NCBI GenBank assembly: GCA_973895155.1
Contig: OZ316897.1
Location: 4,558,211 to 4,622,210, forward strand
Length of the DNA: 64,000 nucleotides
Source of the DNA: Marsupella aquatica
Lineage: Eukaryota; Plantae; Marchantiophyta
Direction of reading: 5' to 3'
How positions within the stretch are numbered: the stretch's first letter is position 1; each line of letters begins with the position of its first letter. The translations under genes and the position numbers were made by a program. The notes under the pieces were generated by a model. It did not search any database, was not told where the DNA came from, and saw nothing but the letters and a program-made list of their open reading frames with translations. Below are positions 37,891 to 51,196 of the stretch, in pieces.

Positions 37891-40408
37891 ATGGCGTGCC
37901 GTGTCTGCGTACAGCCCACAAGCATCCTCCCCTGTCCTTCTAAGCTTAGCAGTGGTGTAGATCTGGCAGTGGCAGCAGCAGCGCCTCAAAAGCGACACTC
38001 TGGATCCCAGATTTTGAAGAACAGTGTGCAGATCTCCGTAGCCAGAAGAAGAGAACCGTCTAGACCCACATTGTTGCGGACGGTCAGGAGCATGGCTGCA
38101 ACCAGCAGGTCTCCCACTCACCCTCCAAACCCATTGCTTCGTTCTAGAGATTGACAATGACTCAGGTTGGCAAGTGCAGTGGAGTGGAGTGGAGGGCAGG
38201 TGGGTGTCTGACTCACCTCATGTAGTGATTCTGTAAGTCGCTGCTCCGTCCGATCTGTTGGTGGATGCATGAGGCTCAACTCAATTCACAGGGTTGGTCT
38301 CTACAGTGACCAACCCTGTGTACTGCTAGTCTATCTCCTTGACTACTTTCTGGTCAGTCAAGGTGCCAGGCTAGAAGGTCATGTGGTACCGTGGAGAGAA
38401 GGAGAATGACGCCCAGTTCGTTTATGCATTCACCGTTCAGCCTCTCGAAAAAACTCTTCCTGCGCGTGTTCTGTAATCGTCTTGCGTCAATTGTGCTATG
38501 CTTTGCCTGCAGTATTTTCTCATCCATATTCCAATACTGCACTGTCGAGTGTATTTTGTAGAACTCTCTTCTTTTGGTCTGGTATACAATCAATCAACGT
38601 ATTATTGCATTGAGCAGGGGAGGAAATTCTGGAGTTATAGACGAGACTATAAAGCTGACGCTGCCTACTATTCGAGAGTCGCTTATCCGGCAAGAGGACA
38701 GTATCATCTTCAATTTGCTCGAGCGGGCTCAGTACAAAATCAATGCGTCCACGTACGATGCGAACCGATTTACTATACCCGGATTTGAGGGCTCCCTTGT
38801 GGAGTTCTTGCTCCAAGAAACAGAGCGACTTCATGCTAAAGTAGGTCTGCCTAGTTTGGGTATGCGTTTCGAATTGAAACACTCAATATGAAGAACCAAT
38901 GCCTGCATGGATGCATTCCTTTGACGTCGATAGAGGAATCTTTCGTTCAAACTGCTACAGTTATTTCGATATAGTAAATGATTGTTTCTGACAAATCTGC
39001 CCTCCAAATGGGTATTTTTGCATAACAGGTAAACAGGTATAACAGCCCGGATGAACATCCCTTTTTTCCTGATGGCTTACCCGAGTCGCTCCTGCCTCAG
39101 ATGCAATATCCAAAGGTATGACAATGGAATCGAATCGGAGTCTGTTGAACTCATAAGGAGATTATCTCATGAAGATAGTTATTTCCAGTGTAAATTCTTG
39201 GTGTCCATCTGACCGGAATTTATTGGTGCTGAGAACAGTTTCTTCATAAAGCAGCAGACCGAATCAACATCAACCCACAAGTATGGAAGATGTATTTTGA
39301 TGACCTATTACCAGGGCTTGCCACCCCTGGTGATGATGGCAATTATGGATCTACAGCTACTTGTGACGTACTGTGCTTGCAGGTTTGTGACATAAATGCC
39401 CTCCCCCATACAATTCCCTCGATTTGCTTGGCAACGAAGAATACAATTGACAAGTTTTACTATTCCACATGTAGCTGTAGTCCGTCGTTTAAGCAAAAGC
39501 CTAAAGCTTTAACACAAATTTTCCTCCTTGCCTTACTGGCAGTGGACTCGCTTCCCTTGCTATCTCTTGGTTCGTTCTTGAACTTTCCTTGTCTCAACTT
39601 AACGCAGGTCCTGTTAAACCCATTTTAACTAAAATGAGAAGAACAAAGTGCCGGCAGGAACCTAGGTGGTCAATCTGTCAAAGTATGTTAAAGTCGTCGA
39701 GTAGAGTTTAATATTTTTCTAAGATTCATGGTGAGGACCACTGAATTCTACTTCAATTATGGGAAATAGCTTTCATGACTTACCTCGTAGTGATTGTAAT
39801 TTCACAGAGAGCATGCATGGTGCTTTACTTATTTTTAATGTCAATGCTCTTCGAACATGACAGTCTCTGTCGAAAAGGATACACTTTGGAAAATTCGTAG
39901 CAGAGGCGAAATACAGAGACACCCCACACGCCTTCGATCCCCACATCCGTGCCCAGGTACCATCACGATAACTCAGCCTTATATCCTGAAGATCTAAGAA
40001 AGGATGCCTTCTGTGCAGTTTGGTCTGTTAGAATTTCTAGTCATTCTGCATCGTCTGCTTTAGCTTCTGACAGCGGTTCCAAGTATTGAGGACTTTACTC
40101 CTAATTCGTGACTGGGCCATCTCTATGGTCTTTCAAGCCAATTCTTTGCGTTCCTCATCACAGTGTCTTGACTGCAGGATGCAGAGGCCCTCTACAAGCT
40201 CATAACATTTGAAAGTGTTGAAGTGAATGTGCAACGACGAGTGGAAAACAAAGCGGCTACATATGGACAGGAGGTAGTAACAGAGGGAACCAAGCCTCAA
40301 ACACTAAAGATAGATCCCAAGCTAGTAGGTAAGCTATATTGGGAATGGGTCATGCCTCTAACCAAGAAGGTTCAAGTAGAATATCTTCTGCACCGCCTGG
40401 ACAATTAG
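37891..40408 (+). CDS. CM: Chorismate mutase (eukaryotic AroQ), 331 aa, with putative plastid transit peptide
   Basis: Six in-phase exons: 37891-38108, 38618-38840, 39029-39115, 39239-39382, 39864-39956, 40178-40408 (996 nt). Motifs: IRESLIRQEDSIIF, SPDEHPFFP, GDDGNYGS, LSKRIHFGKFVAEAK, VMPLTKKVQVEYLL. Ser/Arg/Ala-rich N-terminus. Confidence 0.95.
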
Positions 40409-42067
40409 GTTGGAGTGACGCAGCCTACCCTTGATTCTAGGAGTATCAACCTCTTAGCATTGATATAAGACATTAAATAAGTTCTCCCAAGGAAGGATAT
40501 CATTCAGTTTTCTGGACCTTGGTTCTTGACAATCCATGGCATCGGTGAAAATGACGCACGTGCCTATTTGACATTATGTCTATTGGGAGAGCTCTTCTCA
40601 AAGCTTTTTTGAAACAGTGATAAAGTCTTCTTATCAAGGAAGCCCATAGTTCCAATGGAATGAGAGAATCTTGGTCTATATGGGACAACTGGGTTTGCTC
40701 GGGAACAGGCCATCCACCACCTCCCTGCCTGGACTTTCTCAGATTTCCATCTCTCGTCTTTATTCAGAGTCCTCGCCCCTTGTTTCAGGCTGCCGTGTAT
40801 GTTCCTCCTTTGGGTAATTAGACACCGTCTAAGCCCTGGAGCTGCAAGACTTTAGTCCCAGGTTTCCTTGTGTCTTCCTCCAATCCTTTGGCTTCCAGTA
40901 TATAGCCCAGTTGAACAGGTTACAGGGCTACCTTATACCGAGCTTCATTTCACTTGTGCTTGGGGCGATGGACAAATAAGATTGCAGATTTGAAATGCGA
41001 AGTGCTGCATAGGAGAGTAGTTGACCATCATATTAAAATCAGATGCTCTCCCTGTCTATATTTGAATCAGTAGCACCTTCGTTACTGTTGATAATACATA
41101 CCCGATTCGTCTTGTCAGTTCGTCAGTGATTGGAAGCATGACATGAATAAACTTGCCTTGCAACGTAGGACCAACTTATATTTTTGGCTATCTAGAGCCT
41201 CTTACAACCACCAAAATGGAGAGCATTTCCCCATACAAAGGGAAAAGCGTCATTTTCGGATCCCTATTTTCCCAAAAGTGTCAGATGACCGAGATCAATT
41301 CTCCTAAAGAGCCCCTTTGTGCCTTCATTGCTTTACCACCTACAGCCTTGGATAAAGAGAAGGCATCGCCAAGTTGCTTCTTCCATAGTGCCCACATTTT
41401 CCTGCATTTTGGTCATTGCACTGCCTGCTACATAGTGTTGGATTGTGGATGAATCACTCAAACTACGGTCATAGCCTAAGAACCCTTTCCCCCAACCTCA
41501 GTTTCTGCCAACGTCAATTTACATTCCCTTGGGGTCCTCTCCATCGCCATGTCACTACAGTTAAGGGGGCCTACAGTTTTGACCTACAGTTAAACCTTAA
41601 CTTTTGACCTTGCTTTTATCAGCGATCCTAACATTTTGACTTAAAACTTGTCAGGGTTCTTGGCCTTTTTTGACGTACCCGAGAGAATCCAAAAGTATTA
41701 TAAAAACGATACAAGGCCCCCATCAAAGACTCCACGGGGTAGATGGGATAGTGTTTTACTTTTGGGGTTTTCGGTTGTGCAGGCAAGGCAAAGTGCATTG
41801 CGAACCACAGAGTTTGTAGTCATATTAAAACTTGAATCATTTATCTCTCGAAGTAGTGGGAAGTTCAAAGATAATAATTACTCTTCTGCTGATGGAGCAG
41901 TAAATCAGGTATGGGAGGGTGGCGTACCCAGTAGAGGCACTATAGCCTTTAGTTTTGAGAAAGCATACCTTTTTAGAACAAAAGAATGAATCAATGCACA
42001 AATTTATTACTATCTACTATTCTCCTCTAGACAGAGCGACCACAGAAATAACTTCTGGAAGTGATCA

Positions 42068-45000
42068 TCAACCTCTTCGTCGTCTCACATCTTTTCGTCT
42101 CTCTGAAACATAACTATCAAAATTCGACCGCACCCACAGTCTTTTATTGATCAACTCTGCCTTTCCTTCCGAGCCTGTCAATGTCAGCCATCACCACGTC
42201 TGAGCTACAACTACGAGCTGTGCTTTCACTTAACGGGAAACTGCAATCAACTAGTGATGCAGGAGAATAACTAGTTGTCCTTAATATTCACAACATCAAA
42301 TCCAACATCAGAAGCCTTATGCACAGAACAAGAACTAACTATTTCATTAATGTCTAATTCCAGACGTTTAAAAGATAAGAACTTTAAAACAATTTCAATG
42401 GAGACTTGGCCAGACTACCCACTTGAAGAATCCCAAACTCCCATAGAACGCCCCAGGTTGTACTGAGTCAGGTACGCTGCATCCTCCCATGCATAGGGCA
42501 TCTGCATTATCCAATATCTCCACACCCAATTTGCTTGCCAGATTGCAAGCTGCATTTCCAGACCAACAATTTCAGAATTATAAAATATTGGTAGGTTCAG
42601 AGATGGGAACCGGAAGTCAATTGGCAGGTCCCTGCATATGTTGGATGTATAATGCATATGTTGGATGTATAATAAACAGATATCAGAGTTAAGACACCAA
42701 GCCCGCCATGACCTTGTACTGGAGAGGGCCAAGAAAGGAGACTACCTTCCCGGAAGTGTAAGGTAGCAAAAGAAACCGGATCCCAAGTAATCTCCAGACA
42801 GTCGGCTTCTCAGCTCCTTGAATTTGCAGATCCAATTCCTGGCTGAGTTCCTTCGAACTGTCTCCCCTGTCAAAATCACTTATGATCAATCGAAACAGGA
42901 AAGCATAAGCGGTGTTTTGAAAGCATCTCAAACCTAGGCTAAAAGGTTCCCATCGCAAATTGCAGTTAATATTGAACAGATCCATAAAACATGTCAGCAA
43001 ACATTTCACAGGCTGTTTTCGCAAGACCACGTTTAAATCAAAATAGAGCAAAAAGCATTTGCTGTATGCACCAAACTGGCCACCATTGCGCCTAAAGCTG
43101 AGAACTGGTTCTGGAAGGAGGGGAGAGATGAAAGGGGACCGCACGGAGGGGCGGGGTGTCAGGCGGATGAGGGCTGAGGCGGAAGATTGAGATCAGCCAG
43201 AGGGGAAAACAATTGTAAGGGGATATGGTTGAGAGAGGATTGGGCACCACTTTTGCTTTAAAGTATATTTCACACTTTGCTGAACTAATTTGATTTGCAT
43301 CGTTTGTGTCAATGGTAAAATTTGGACATCTAAAACAACCTTCAGAGTTTCCCTACAAAGCAGTTCGAAAGTTACAGCAAACTTGACGATGTGCTTGATT
43401 ATCTCTTGTTGACAATAAGAAATCTGTGATACCTCCTGTTATCTCAGTATCCTTCAGTAGCAACCTAACAAAGATCAGATCACTCACTTGCTCTTTAGCT
43501 TGGCGCCCTTCTTTCTGTTGGATACTGAACCATTGCGCTCAAGCTCCAAGGCTCTAAGCTTATTCTTATAAGCTGGGGTCTGCTTTACCATGTTCAGCAT
43601 CTACAAAGTCGTTGTGCAAAATTCGGGACATGACCACAAAGCCCAACAGCTCAGTTCAGTCTATAATAAAAGTACGACATATTTGACAGGAACAATATCA
43701 AATCTAAGGTGTCCATCTTTCTACTAAACAACTGAATGAGACAGGATAGGATATGGAAAGCAAAACTAGATGGTGGAGTTGGTTCTGTCTCAAAAATATT
43801 ATTACACACATTCACGTATGACGAAAATCTGTCAATTTGATTTTAGGACGTCAATTTTACGAAACTATGTGACAACTAAGCCAAGAATTAATGGATATAC
43901 TATCAAAGAAATGTGTTTGACAATGGACTCGTAAAAAACAACAGTTGACGGCAAGGCGTCCTTAGGTCAATACTGGACGAAGATGAAATAACTGTGCTCC
44001 ATCAAAACAAGCTCCCTTGTACAAATGACAGTACTTGGCGCACTTGATACGCAGGAGGAGGTAATAAAGACATCAGACCAAGTTCTTTCCTCTCACCTGA
44101 TTGTAATGCGTCCATTGATTCAGATACTGAAATCCTGAAAGAACTACTAACAAACCAACCAAAACAGCTCGCAGATCCTGTAAGAACATCCAGATAATGT
44201 CCAGTGAGTAACAGCAGAAAATCAAGTGAATACCAAAGCTGTTTAAAACGTAGCAACGCTAGTCATCTCCATTTGACTAAACCTTAATAGACAACGCTTA
44301 CTATACTGCTTAACTGTTGTCAGGTCTAAGTAACAGGATAGTTTAATCCCACTTCCTGGAATCCCAAACTAGACAAAATCCCTGAGCGTGTAACAATGTA
44401 GACTACACACACTATCCTTCGAACGAAAAATAGCATCACAGTTGACAAAAACTGATGCCAACAAAGCATTGAAGAGCTCTACATAATTGCAGCAAAGCAC
44501 ACTGGTGTAAACTAATACCAGATGGTGTTACTTACTGCTTGTGGACCATAGTAAGCTTGATAGTAACGAGCTGTGTTGTAGAATACCTATGACGAAGAGC
44601 ATAAGAAGTTTCAAAAGCTTATTCCAAAGCCAAGTGGCAGTCACACACTTAGAGCCAGGAAGCCAAGGAAATGCCAGATGATATCATAAAGACCACTAGG
44701 GAATTTAAGCAGGCATCGTCAGATGCTTCGAAAACGGCAGGATATACTCAAAAGCTTATGCTACTTTCAATGTCTTGCGACAATGGAAAACAAATTGCCT
44801 ATTGACAATGATATAGAACCATGACTCACTTCAGGACACCAAGTTATTGCGAGGACGAGTCATACATAACATGCCCAAAAAACGTTCACCGTGCAATACA
44901 AAATCTTTCTACAGAGATAAGCTGCTTAAACAACATTCTCATATTCTCATCCAGACATGAAATTGTGGAAAGAAGCCGGAACCTCCTCAGGATGAGCGAT

Positions 45001-47433
45001 AGCATAATCATACTGCTCACGTTTTGCTTCATCACTCAAAATCTGCACCACCAATCACAAATTCTTGTTTATCTGATGGACCTTTGTAAGAACGTAGTAC
45101 CCTGCTCTCAATTTCATTTAGCAAAACTATCCCGTGTGTGCAAAGCAAGGTGTTTTTGACGCAAATATTTGTGATTCTAATGTTTGAAGGAAATGACGCA
45201 GAAGTGGCATGTAATGGCAACTAGCACCTATATGTTCCCAATCATTGGTGAGGTACTAAATATAGCCAGTGCCTTCCAGATACTGTTGGTACAGTAGGAG
45301 GCACACCAGCTCTGGTATCTCTATTAATTAATTTGATTATTTTTATGCACACACTCTTGTACCCTCCTGCTCTTTTCAACTCTCCCAGTGTAAGCATTCC
45401 ACTGTCCTCTCTATTACTTTATTTGATCGTTTTCTGCACAAACTCTTGCACCTTCCTGCTATTTTCAACTCTCCCAGAGAAAACATTCCACCTGACCCAC
45501 ACATATCTTAACCCCCTTAGTTTTTGCGGATCTGTGGAGTTTCAGATCAATTCAATTCAGATAATTGATCCTGTTCTGCTAGACTACCCTGGGGCTGTTA
45601 AAGATTTAACCAAAAATATTGGTACAGAATCTCTAAAAAAATGAGATCACACAGGCAAAAGACTATCGCTGAAAACCCTGATCAAGTACTTTTTAAGATC
45701 AACATAAAACGCAAGGATCATTTGCCGCCGGATCCAGAAGTACTTACCTCATACGCGTTGGCAACTTTAATAAATTGCTTCTTTGCCTCCGGGTCAGGAT
45801 TTTTATCTGGATGACTGCAATTGATTTCCAACATTGTCCAAGTGAGTAATATGATATCTTCCATTCTCTTGTAGCTCAACCCCATTTATAGACTGATAGT
45901 TCCTCTACTTCACACATAGAATCTAGATCGTTTTGCATTATAATTCATTTTGCACAGATTTGTGTCGTTTTCATTCCGGTCCCTTGATGTGAGACTTTTT
46001 GCATAAACTATGGCGTGAAACAGTTGTCTTGAAGTGCTTTTGAATCACTCTACGGCTCAAACATTGACGTGCACTGCTAATCTGGCATTTGATATCTCTA
46101 TTATAAAACTTCATCTCATGCACACGAGACTTTGAAAAGATGTTTGGGTCCATCCTGACGTACGACCTAAGCACCTCAAGTCTATCTAACGCCTCTCTAA
46201 CTGGCCAGATTTCCTCAGAATCTAGCTTGCCAGCTTTAACTTACAGCTTCAAAGAAAGCTTGTAGTAAGCTTTCTTGATGTCTGATGATGTTGATGCCTG
46301 CGTCACCCTGTTCAAGAGCCGATTTCTATCGGTTAGAATTTTCTGGACAGGTCCCCACGACAAAGGCATAAGAACGCACATCAAGTGAGCAGCTAATCGT
46401 CAAATCGACACCGTTTGTTTTAATGCAGGTCCACAAACTGTCTGATTTCATTATGGGCTTCCCGTCAGCTTATAGTTAGGTTAATGATGGGCAAGAAAAT
46501 AATCGATGGACACATGACTCGTCGGCTCGTTGTCTACAATCGTATCAAAATTCGGAATTCTGAAATTATATGAATGAAGTCAAAAGAAAATCTGAGTGCT
46601 GCCACCTCTAAACCAGTAGAGCAACTGGAAGAACAAAATGATCTCTCTCCAACCATTCTTCTCCCAAAAGTCTAGAAAACTAAGTATACTTGTAGGCGTA
46701 AAGTACTTCCCTTAAAAGGCCTCTGGAGGAAGATGAGGTCATAAAGTTTGGACGAAGGGATGTGCTATTCTCAAGGGTCCTCCCCGACACGGATCAGACA
46801 AGCTGTGAGCACCGAGAACTACCCAGAATCATCGATAAAGTGAATGAAAGGACACGTCCATCATAAAACCTCTCGGGATAGCTCTCAAGCAAACAAAAAA
46901 AGGAATTGGACAGAAGAACCGAAAATACGAGCAGCTGGAAGGGATTCGGCTGCTACTTTGCTCTGCCTAGAAATTAGCTGACAAGTTAAGCCAGCCAGGC
47001 CAGCCTACAATGAGTCTGAGACGAGGGTGTCCACACTTGAAACGGACAAAAACTCGCCGCCTCACTCAGCTTCCTTGGCATCGCATCCACATAACAACAT
47101 CAAAGCAAAACACAACGGAGAAATTCTAGGTAGACTAGACAAGAAACCGAAGTAAGTCACTAGCAGTAGTAGTCCAGAACTGAACGAATAGGCAATGTGC
47201 TACATTGCACATGCTCATTGGAGGAATGGAGACACAAAGGCTAGAATGGAACCGCAGTGCAGGGCAAAGGGGGAAAATGCTGAAACAACAAACCCGAGAA
47301 CGTCGTAGCAGTCATCCTCATCGCAGTAAATGGCTGAGACAGAGGGCACTACGACAACAATCACCAATAGCAGCACAATGGCGAAAGCCCGTGACCCTCC
47401 AAGTCCCAACCTTCCACATTTACGGTCCGTCAT
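42068..47433 (-). CDS. DnaJ/Hsp40 membrane protein, DNAJC25 / Arabidopsis C50-like, 309 aa
   Basis: Ten in-phase exons: 47433-47294, 46307-46245, 45814-45748, 45042-44983, 44586-44536, 44177-44097, 43600-43488, 42866-42746, 42549-42423, 42174-42068. Signal peptide followed by IYCDEDDCYDVLGV, HPDKNP, ANAYEIL, YDYAIAHPEE, and a TM segment AVLVGLLVVLSGFQY. Confidence 0.93.
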
Positions 47434-47831
47434 TGCTTACATTCACCATAACATCTCGATTCACGACGCTCTACGCTCGTGAGCACGCCGTGACTGATAA
47501 TTATGTCTTTTCCAGCATCAAAGCAGTGACGAGCGGGATAGAAATTCGGCAGAGTTAGAATTGACTTGATGCCTCGATTCCTCGTGCGATCTGTCCCGAG
47601 TTCACGAATGCCGAAATCGGACCACTACCTCCGTTCTCCCACGTATTCCGTCCGTGAATTATCTAGCATTGCTTTCTTGTTCATCGATTCTCCTCGTGCG
47701 ATCTGTCCTGATTTGACGACGAATGGGCGAGTAAGACCTCGGCCTCCACTCTCGCACGAATAAACCACAGGGGCCTAAATGACGTTCCGTAGTGTAAATT
47801 AGGAAACGGTTTTTCTCTTTGAGATACCCGA

Positions 47832-47964
47832 AGTGAATATTTCACAGTGCAAATGGACAAAATAGTGAATACTTCACAGTGCAAAAATGGACAAAACACA
47901 AAACAGCTCAAATGGACAAAACAGTGAATATTTCACGGTGCAAATGGACAAAACACAAAACAGC
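47832..47964. repeat. Degenerate ~30-bp tandem repeats
   Basis: AGTGAATATTTCACAGTGCAAATGGACAAAA x3 plus partial units. Confidence 0.8.
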
Positions 47965-47965
47965 T

Positions 47966-48468
47966 TTTTACTCACTGTCCCCCAAGCTACCCAATATTAA
48001 CAAGGTGCCCCCTCAACAAAATGTTCTCAAAACAAAATCAATTATCAACCCCTCTTCATTTTGTATTTGGGTTAATATTAGCTCATACACTGGTTTTTCA
48101 TTGCCATGTGGTGAGTTATTACTGGCTAGTCTTAACCCATAGCCCTTGGCACCCTCTCCTTCCTCGATGTGGTTTCCTGAGTAAAATTAGGGCCGAAAGT
48201 GTCGGGTTCCCATGAGGGGAGTGTGGAGCAAATATGACATGATGTTTTCACCCCTCTTGGACTGGCGACTGTGACCTACAATGGGGAAGGGGAACAGAGG
48301 CCGAGGGGGGTCACGATGAGTTAAGGCTAGCCAGTAGCAACTTGCCACATGGCAACGGGAACCTGCATGTGAGCTAACAATAACCCAAATAAAGTAGGAA
48401 GCAGGTTGATATTTAATTGTTTAGGGGGCATGTTAGTAGTATAGGGTAGTTTGGGGAACAGGTAAAAA
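47966..48468. mobile_element. ~500-bp foldback/MITE with ~190-bp imperfect inverted arms
   Basis: TATTTGGGTTAATATTAGCTCA..TTGCCATGTGG..CTGGCTAGTCTTAAC pairs with GTTAAGGCTAGCCAG..CCACATGGCAA..TGAGCTAACAATAACCCAAATA. The pairing extends to TTTTAC..CCCCAAGCTACCC / GGGTAGTTTGGGG..GTAAAA. Confidence 0.85.
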
Positions 48469-48990
48469 TCTGAAGGCCCCTAGAAAACAAATTAGTTCAT
48501 GGACCCCATCTCCCTATAGAGATTCTTAGATTCAAATGAGAGACAAGTCATGGGAAATATTTTTAAGTGTTGTATCAAAGTTATTTGTACTGTTACATAA
48601 ATCCTAAGTGACCATCTATGATTATGTGAACAAAGTATCTGGGATCATGGAGTAACTTGGAAGCTGAAGGAATTTGCGTCTCTATATTAGTGCTTATCTT
48701 GCTTCCCCCTAATTTTGAATTGCTTGTACCTTCATGTGAAGCTAATTGTCTAGATCAACTTCAATCTTGAATTGGATCCTTTCCATGTTGCGACTCATTA
48801 TTTATCTCCTACATGTCTTTGAATCATTGTCTAATTATTAACCCAACCCATCATTGTTCCTGCTTGTGATGATATGGCTCAATGTGGTGCTAGTAGATTT
48901 TGGAAGGAGCTTCCCATGGGGCTATGTAAAGAGGTACACCAAGCCAAGGAGTCCCCCGCAATAAAAAAAGAAATACTAAGCCGAGATGGG

Positions 48991-49274
48991 CTCTCAGGGG
49001 TCTCACTATACGAGGGCCTCCCCATCACCTACAATGTTTTTAGGTCTCTGACCCCCTAAAATGTAAGAAAAAAAGTGTTTTTAAAACCCTACAAAGTTGG
49101 AATATTCCAAATCGATTAGAAGGACCCTAATGTTCTTATAAGTCTCAAAATTAGATTTAAAAGATCTTATTGTTCTTCTGAGAAAATTCTTAAGTATTCC
49201 CTTTAAACCAATAAAATGACTCTATCATTTTTCGCACGTGATATGTCATTTTTGTGGAAGTGAAACACTCAAGG
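48991..49274. repeat. Inverted copy of 4651-4940
   Basis: See 4651-4940. Confidence 0.85.
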
Positions 49275-49336
49275 ATGGGCTGAGGGTTTGTTCTGCCTAT
49301 CTTGGACCGAAGTCAATTGTCAATTTACACCAGGAA

Positions 49337-49610
49337 CTAGTGATCTAGTGTGCTTCATTTTTTTTTAAGGACTCAAGAGTGTTTCCAAGCACCCTGACCA
49401 AGTGTAAGCTGTTGTTTTTTTGGCAAATTTGTACATTTGTTTAGACAACTTTTGGGTCTTAGATTCATCTCCTAGTGATCTAGTGTGCTTCATTTTTTTT
49501 AAGGACTCAAGAGTGTTTCCAAGCACCCTGACCAAGTGTAAGCTGTTGTTTTTTTTGGCAAATTTGTACATTTGTTTAGACAACTTTTGGGTCTTAGATT
49601 CATCTCCTAG
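49337..49610. repeat. Near-perfect tandem duplication, 2 x 135 bp
   Basis: CTAGTGATCTAGTGTGC...GATTCATCTC starts at 49337 and 49472; the copies differ only in T-run lengths. Confidence 0.95.
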
Positions 49611-50046
49611 GTCCATCCGGGCTTTCTTCCTCTCCAAACTAGTCAAAATTACTAACATGCCCCCAAAATTAAGTTGATTACCATGTTGCCCCCATCTTAT
49701 GTATAGTAAGGTTTGGTTTCCAGGGCATTGTGGGCCATGACCCCCCTAAAACCTAGGGCTCTAGTTCTAGTTTTGAGAGGCTATTATGTCTTTGATGCTC
49801 TCCTAATTCCTATTTCCAGGAAGCATGGAATCCGTGGACCATGACACCTTTTACACCTTCACTTATTGACACCCTTGATTCCAAAGTGTTTGCAAAGTTT
49901 AATCTTCAACATACCTCCCTGACATCCAATGTGAAAATAGTCTCTCCTGCGGCTCGACTATGCTTGTGAGTAGAGATGAATCTTGGGAGTCTAGGTACAA
50001 TGAGCCCCACCTGTGCATATGCTTGGGTATTCTGGGCTACTAACTA

Positions 50047-50994
50047 AAACCCTAGTGTAGACTCTACTCAAACCCATATATTATACATGCCAATAGATGT
50101 GTAAATCTTAGTATAGACTCTGTACAAGAAAAAGATGTCAATCATCCTTTACAATCTTCCTGACTCTACACAAAATCCGGAAAAGATGCCAACAGACCTT
50201 TTAAACCCTCATGTAAACTCTACAAGAAACCCTTAAAATATGCCAAAAACCTTAACCAAAACCCTTGAAAAGATGCCAATAAACCCTTAAACCCTAGTAT
50301 AGAATGTACCAAAAAAAAACTTAAAAGAAGCCAATCTATTTAAGTATCGCAGTGAGAAGCTAGAGTTGGGGTCTAGGCTTCTAGAGTGAAGTCTCTACCC
50401 TCTAGGGCCCCAACAAAATTATGCGGATGGAGAGAAGGATGAGATATTAGGTATGTCAAAATGATAATCATGCATGATGATTTTTATCAACATTTCTATT
50501 AATATTCAAATAATGTGCATTTATGCTAGTAACCTGGAAACCCTCATGTAGACAGAGAACCCTTACAACATGCCAATAACCCTTAAACCCTCCTGTAGAC
50601 TTCACAGAAAACCCTTAACAGATGCCAATAAACCCTTAAATCGTAGTGTAGACTGTACCATAAAACCTTAAAAAATATGCCAATAAACCTTTCAGCCCTC
50701 GTGTAGACTCTACACAAAACCCTTCAAAGATGTCAATAAACCTTTAAACCTTCCCATCTGGTGGGGTGTCTGTTTGTGTTTGTGTTTTCACTGATTGTTA
50801 ATGGCTGGTTTGGCCTCCCTATCCGTGGGGCTTTCACGGTATTAAAATTTATAAAAAAATGCATTCGAGGAATAAACCTTTAAACCCTAGTGTAGTCTGT
50901 ACAAAAAAAACTTAAAAGATGCCCAAAAACCTTTCAACCCCCTCGTGTAGACTCGACACAAACCCACTACAACATGCCAATAAACCTGTAAACC
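50047..50994. repeat. Degenerate ~55-bp satellite (~11-12 units) interrupted by two insertions
   Basis: Consensus AAACCCTTAAACCCTAGTGTAGACTCTACACAAAACCCTTAAAAGATGCCAAT. Interrupted by a family B repeat (50354-50534) and a 120-bp insert (50751-50870). Confidence 0.85.
50751..50870 (+). mobile_element. 120-bp LINE/SINE 3'-tail insertion with 16-bp TSD
   Basis: Flanked by AATAAACCTTTAAACC (50735-50750, 50871-50886). TGGCTGGTTTGGCCTCCCTATCCGTGGG resembles the 3' UTR of the LINE at ~25700 (TGGCTGCTTTGGCCTCCTTCCCGTGGG). A-rich near its end. Confidence 0.7.
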
Positions 50995-51196
50995 ATCACA
51001 ACGCGTGCTGTGTTCTCTCTGTCCTCTGCGCGACCTGCAATTGCTCTCTACTGTAGGACCTCTTTCAACAGACCACTGCTGAGTAAAGCTCCAATTCATT
51101 TTCATCTTCCGTTCAACAGACCACAGCTAAGTAAGGGCTCCAATAGTTCATTTTCATCGTCCTTTCTCACCGCCTTTGCCGTTTCGTTTAGTTTTC

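Noticed and set aside
50047-50994. CRISPR-like array
   Set aside because: The units are contiguous degenerate tandem repeats with no unique spacers, there are no cas genes, and the context is eukaryotic.
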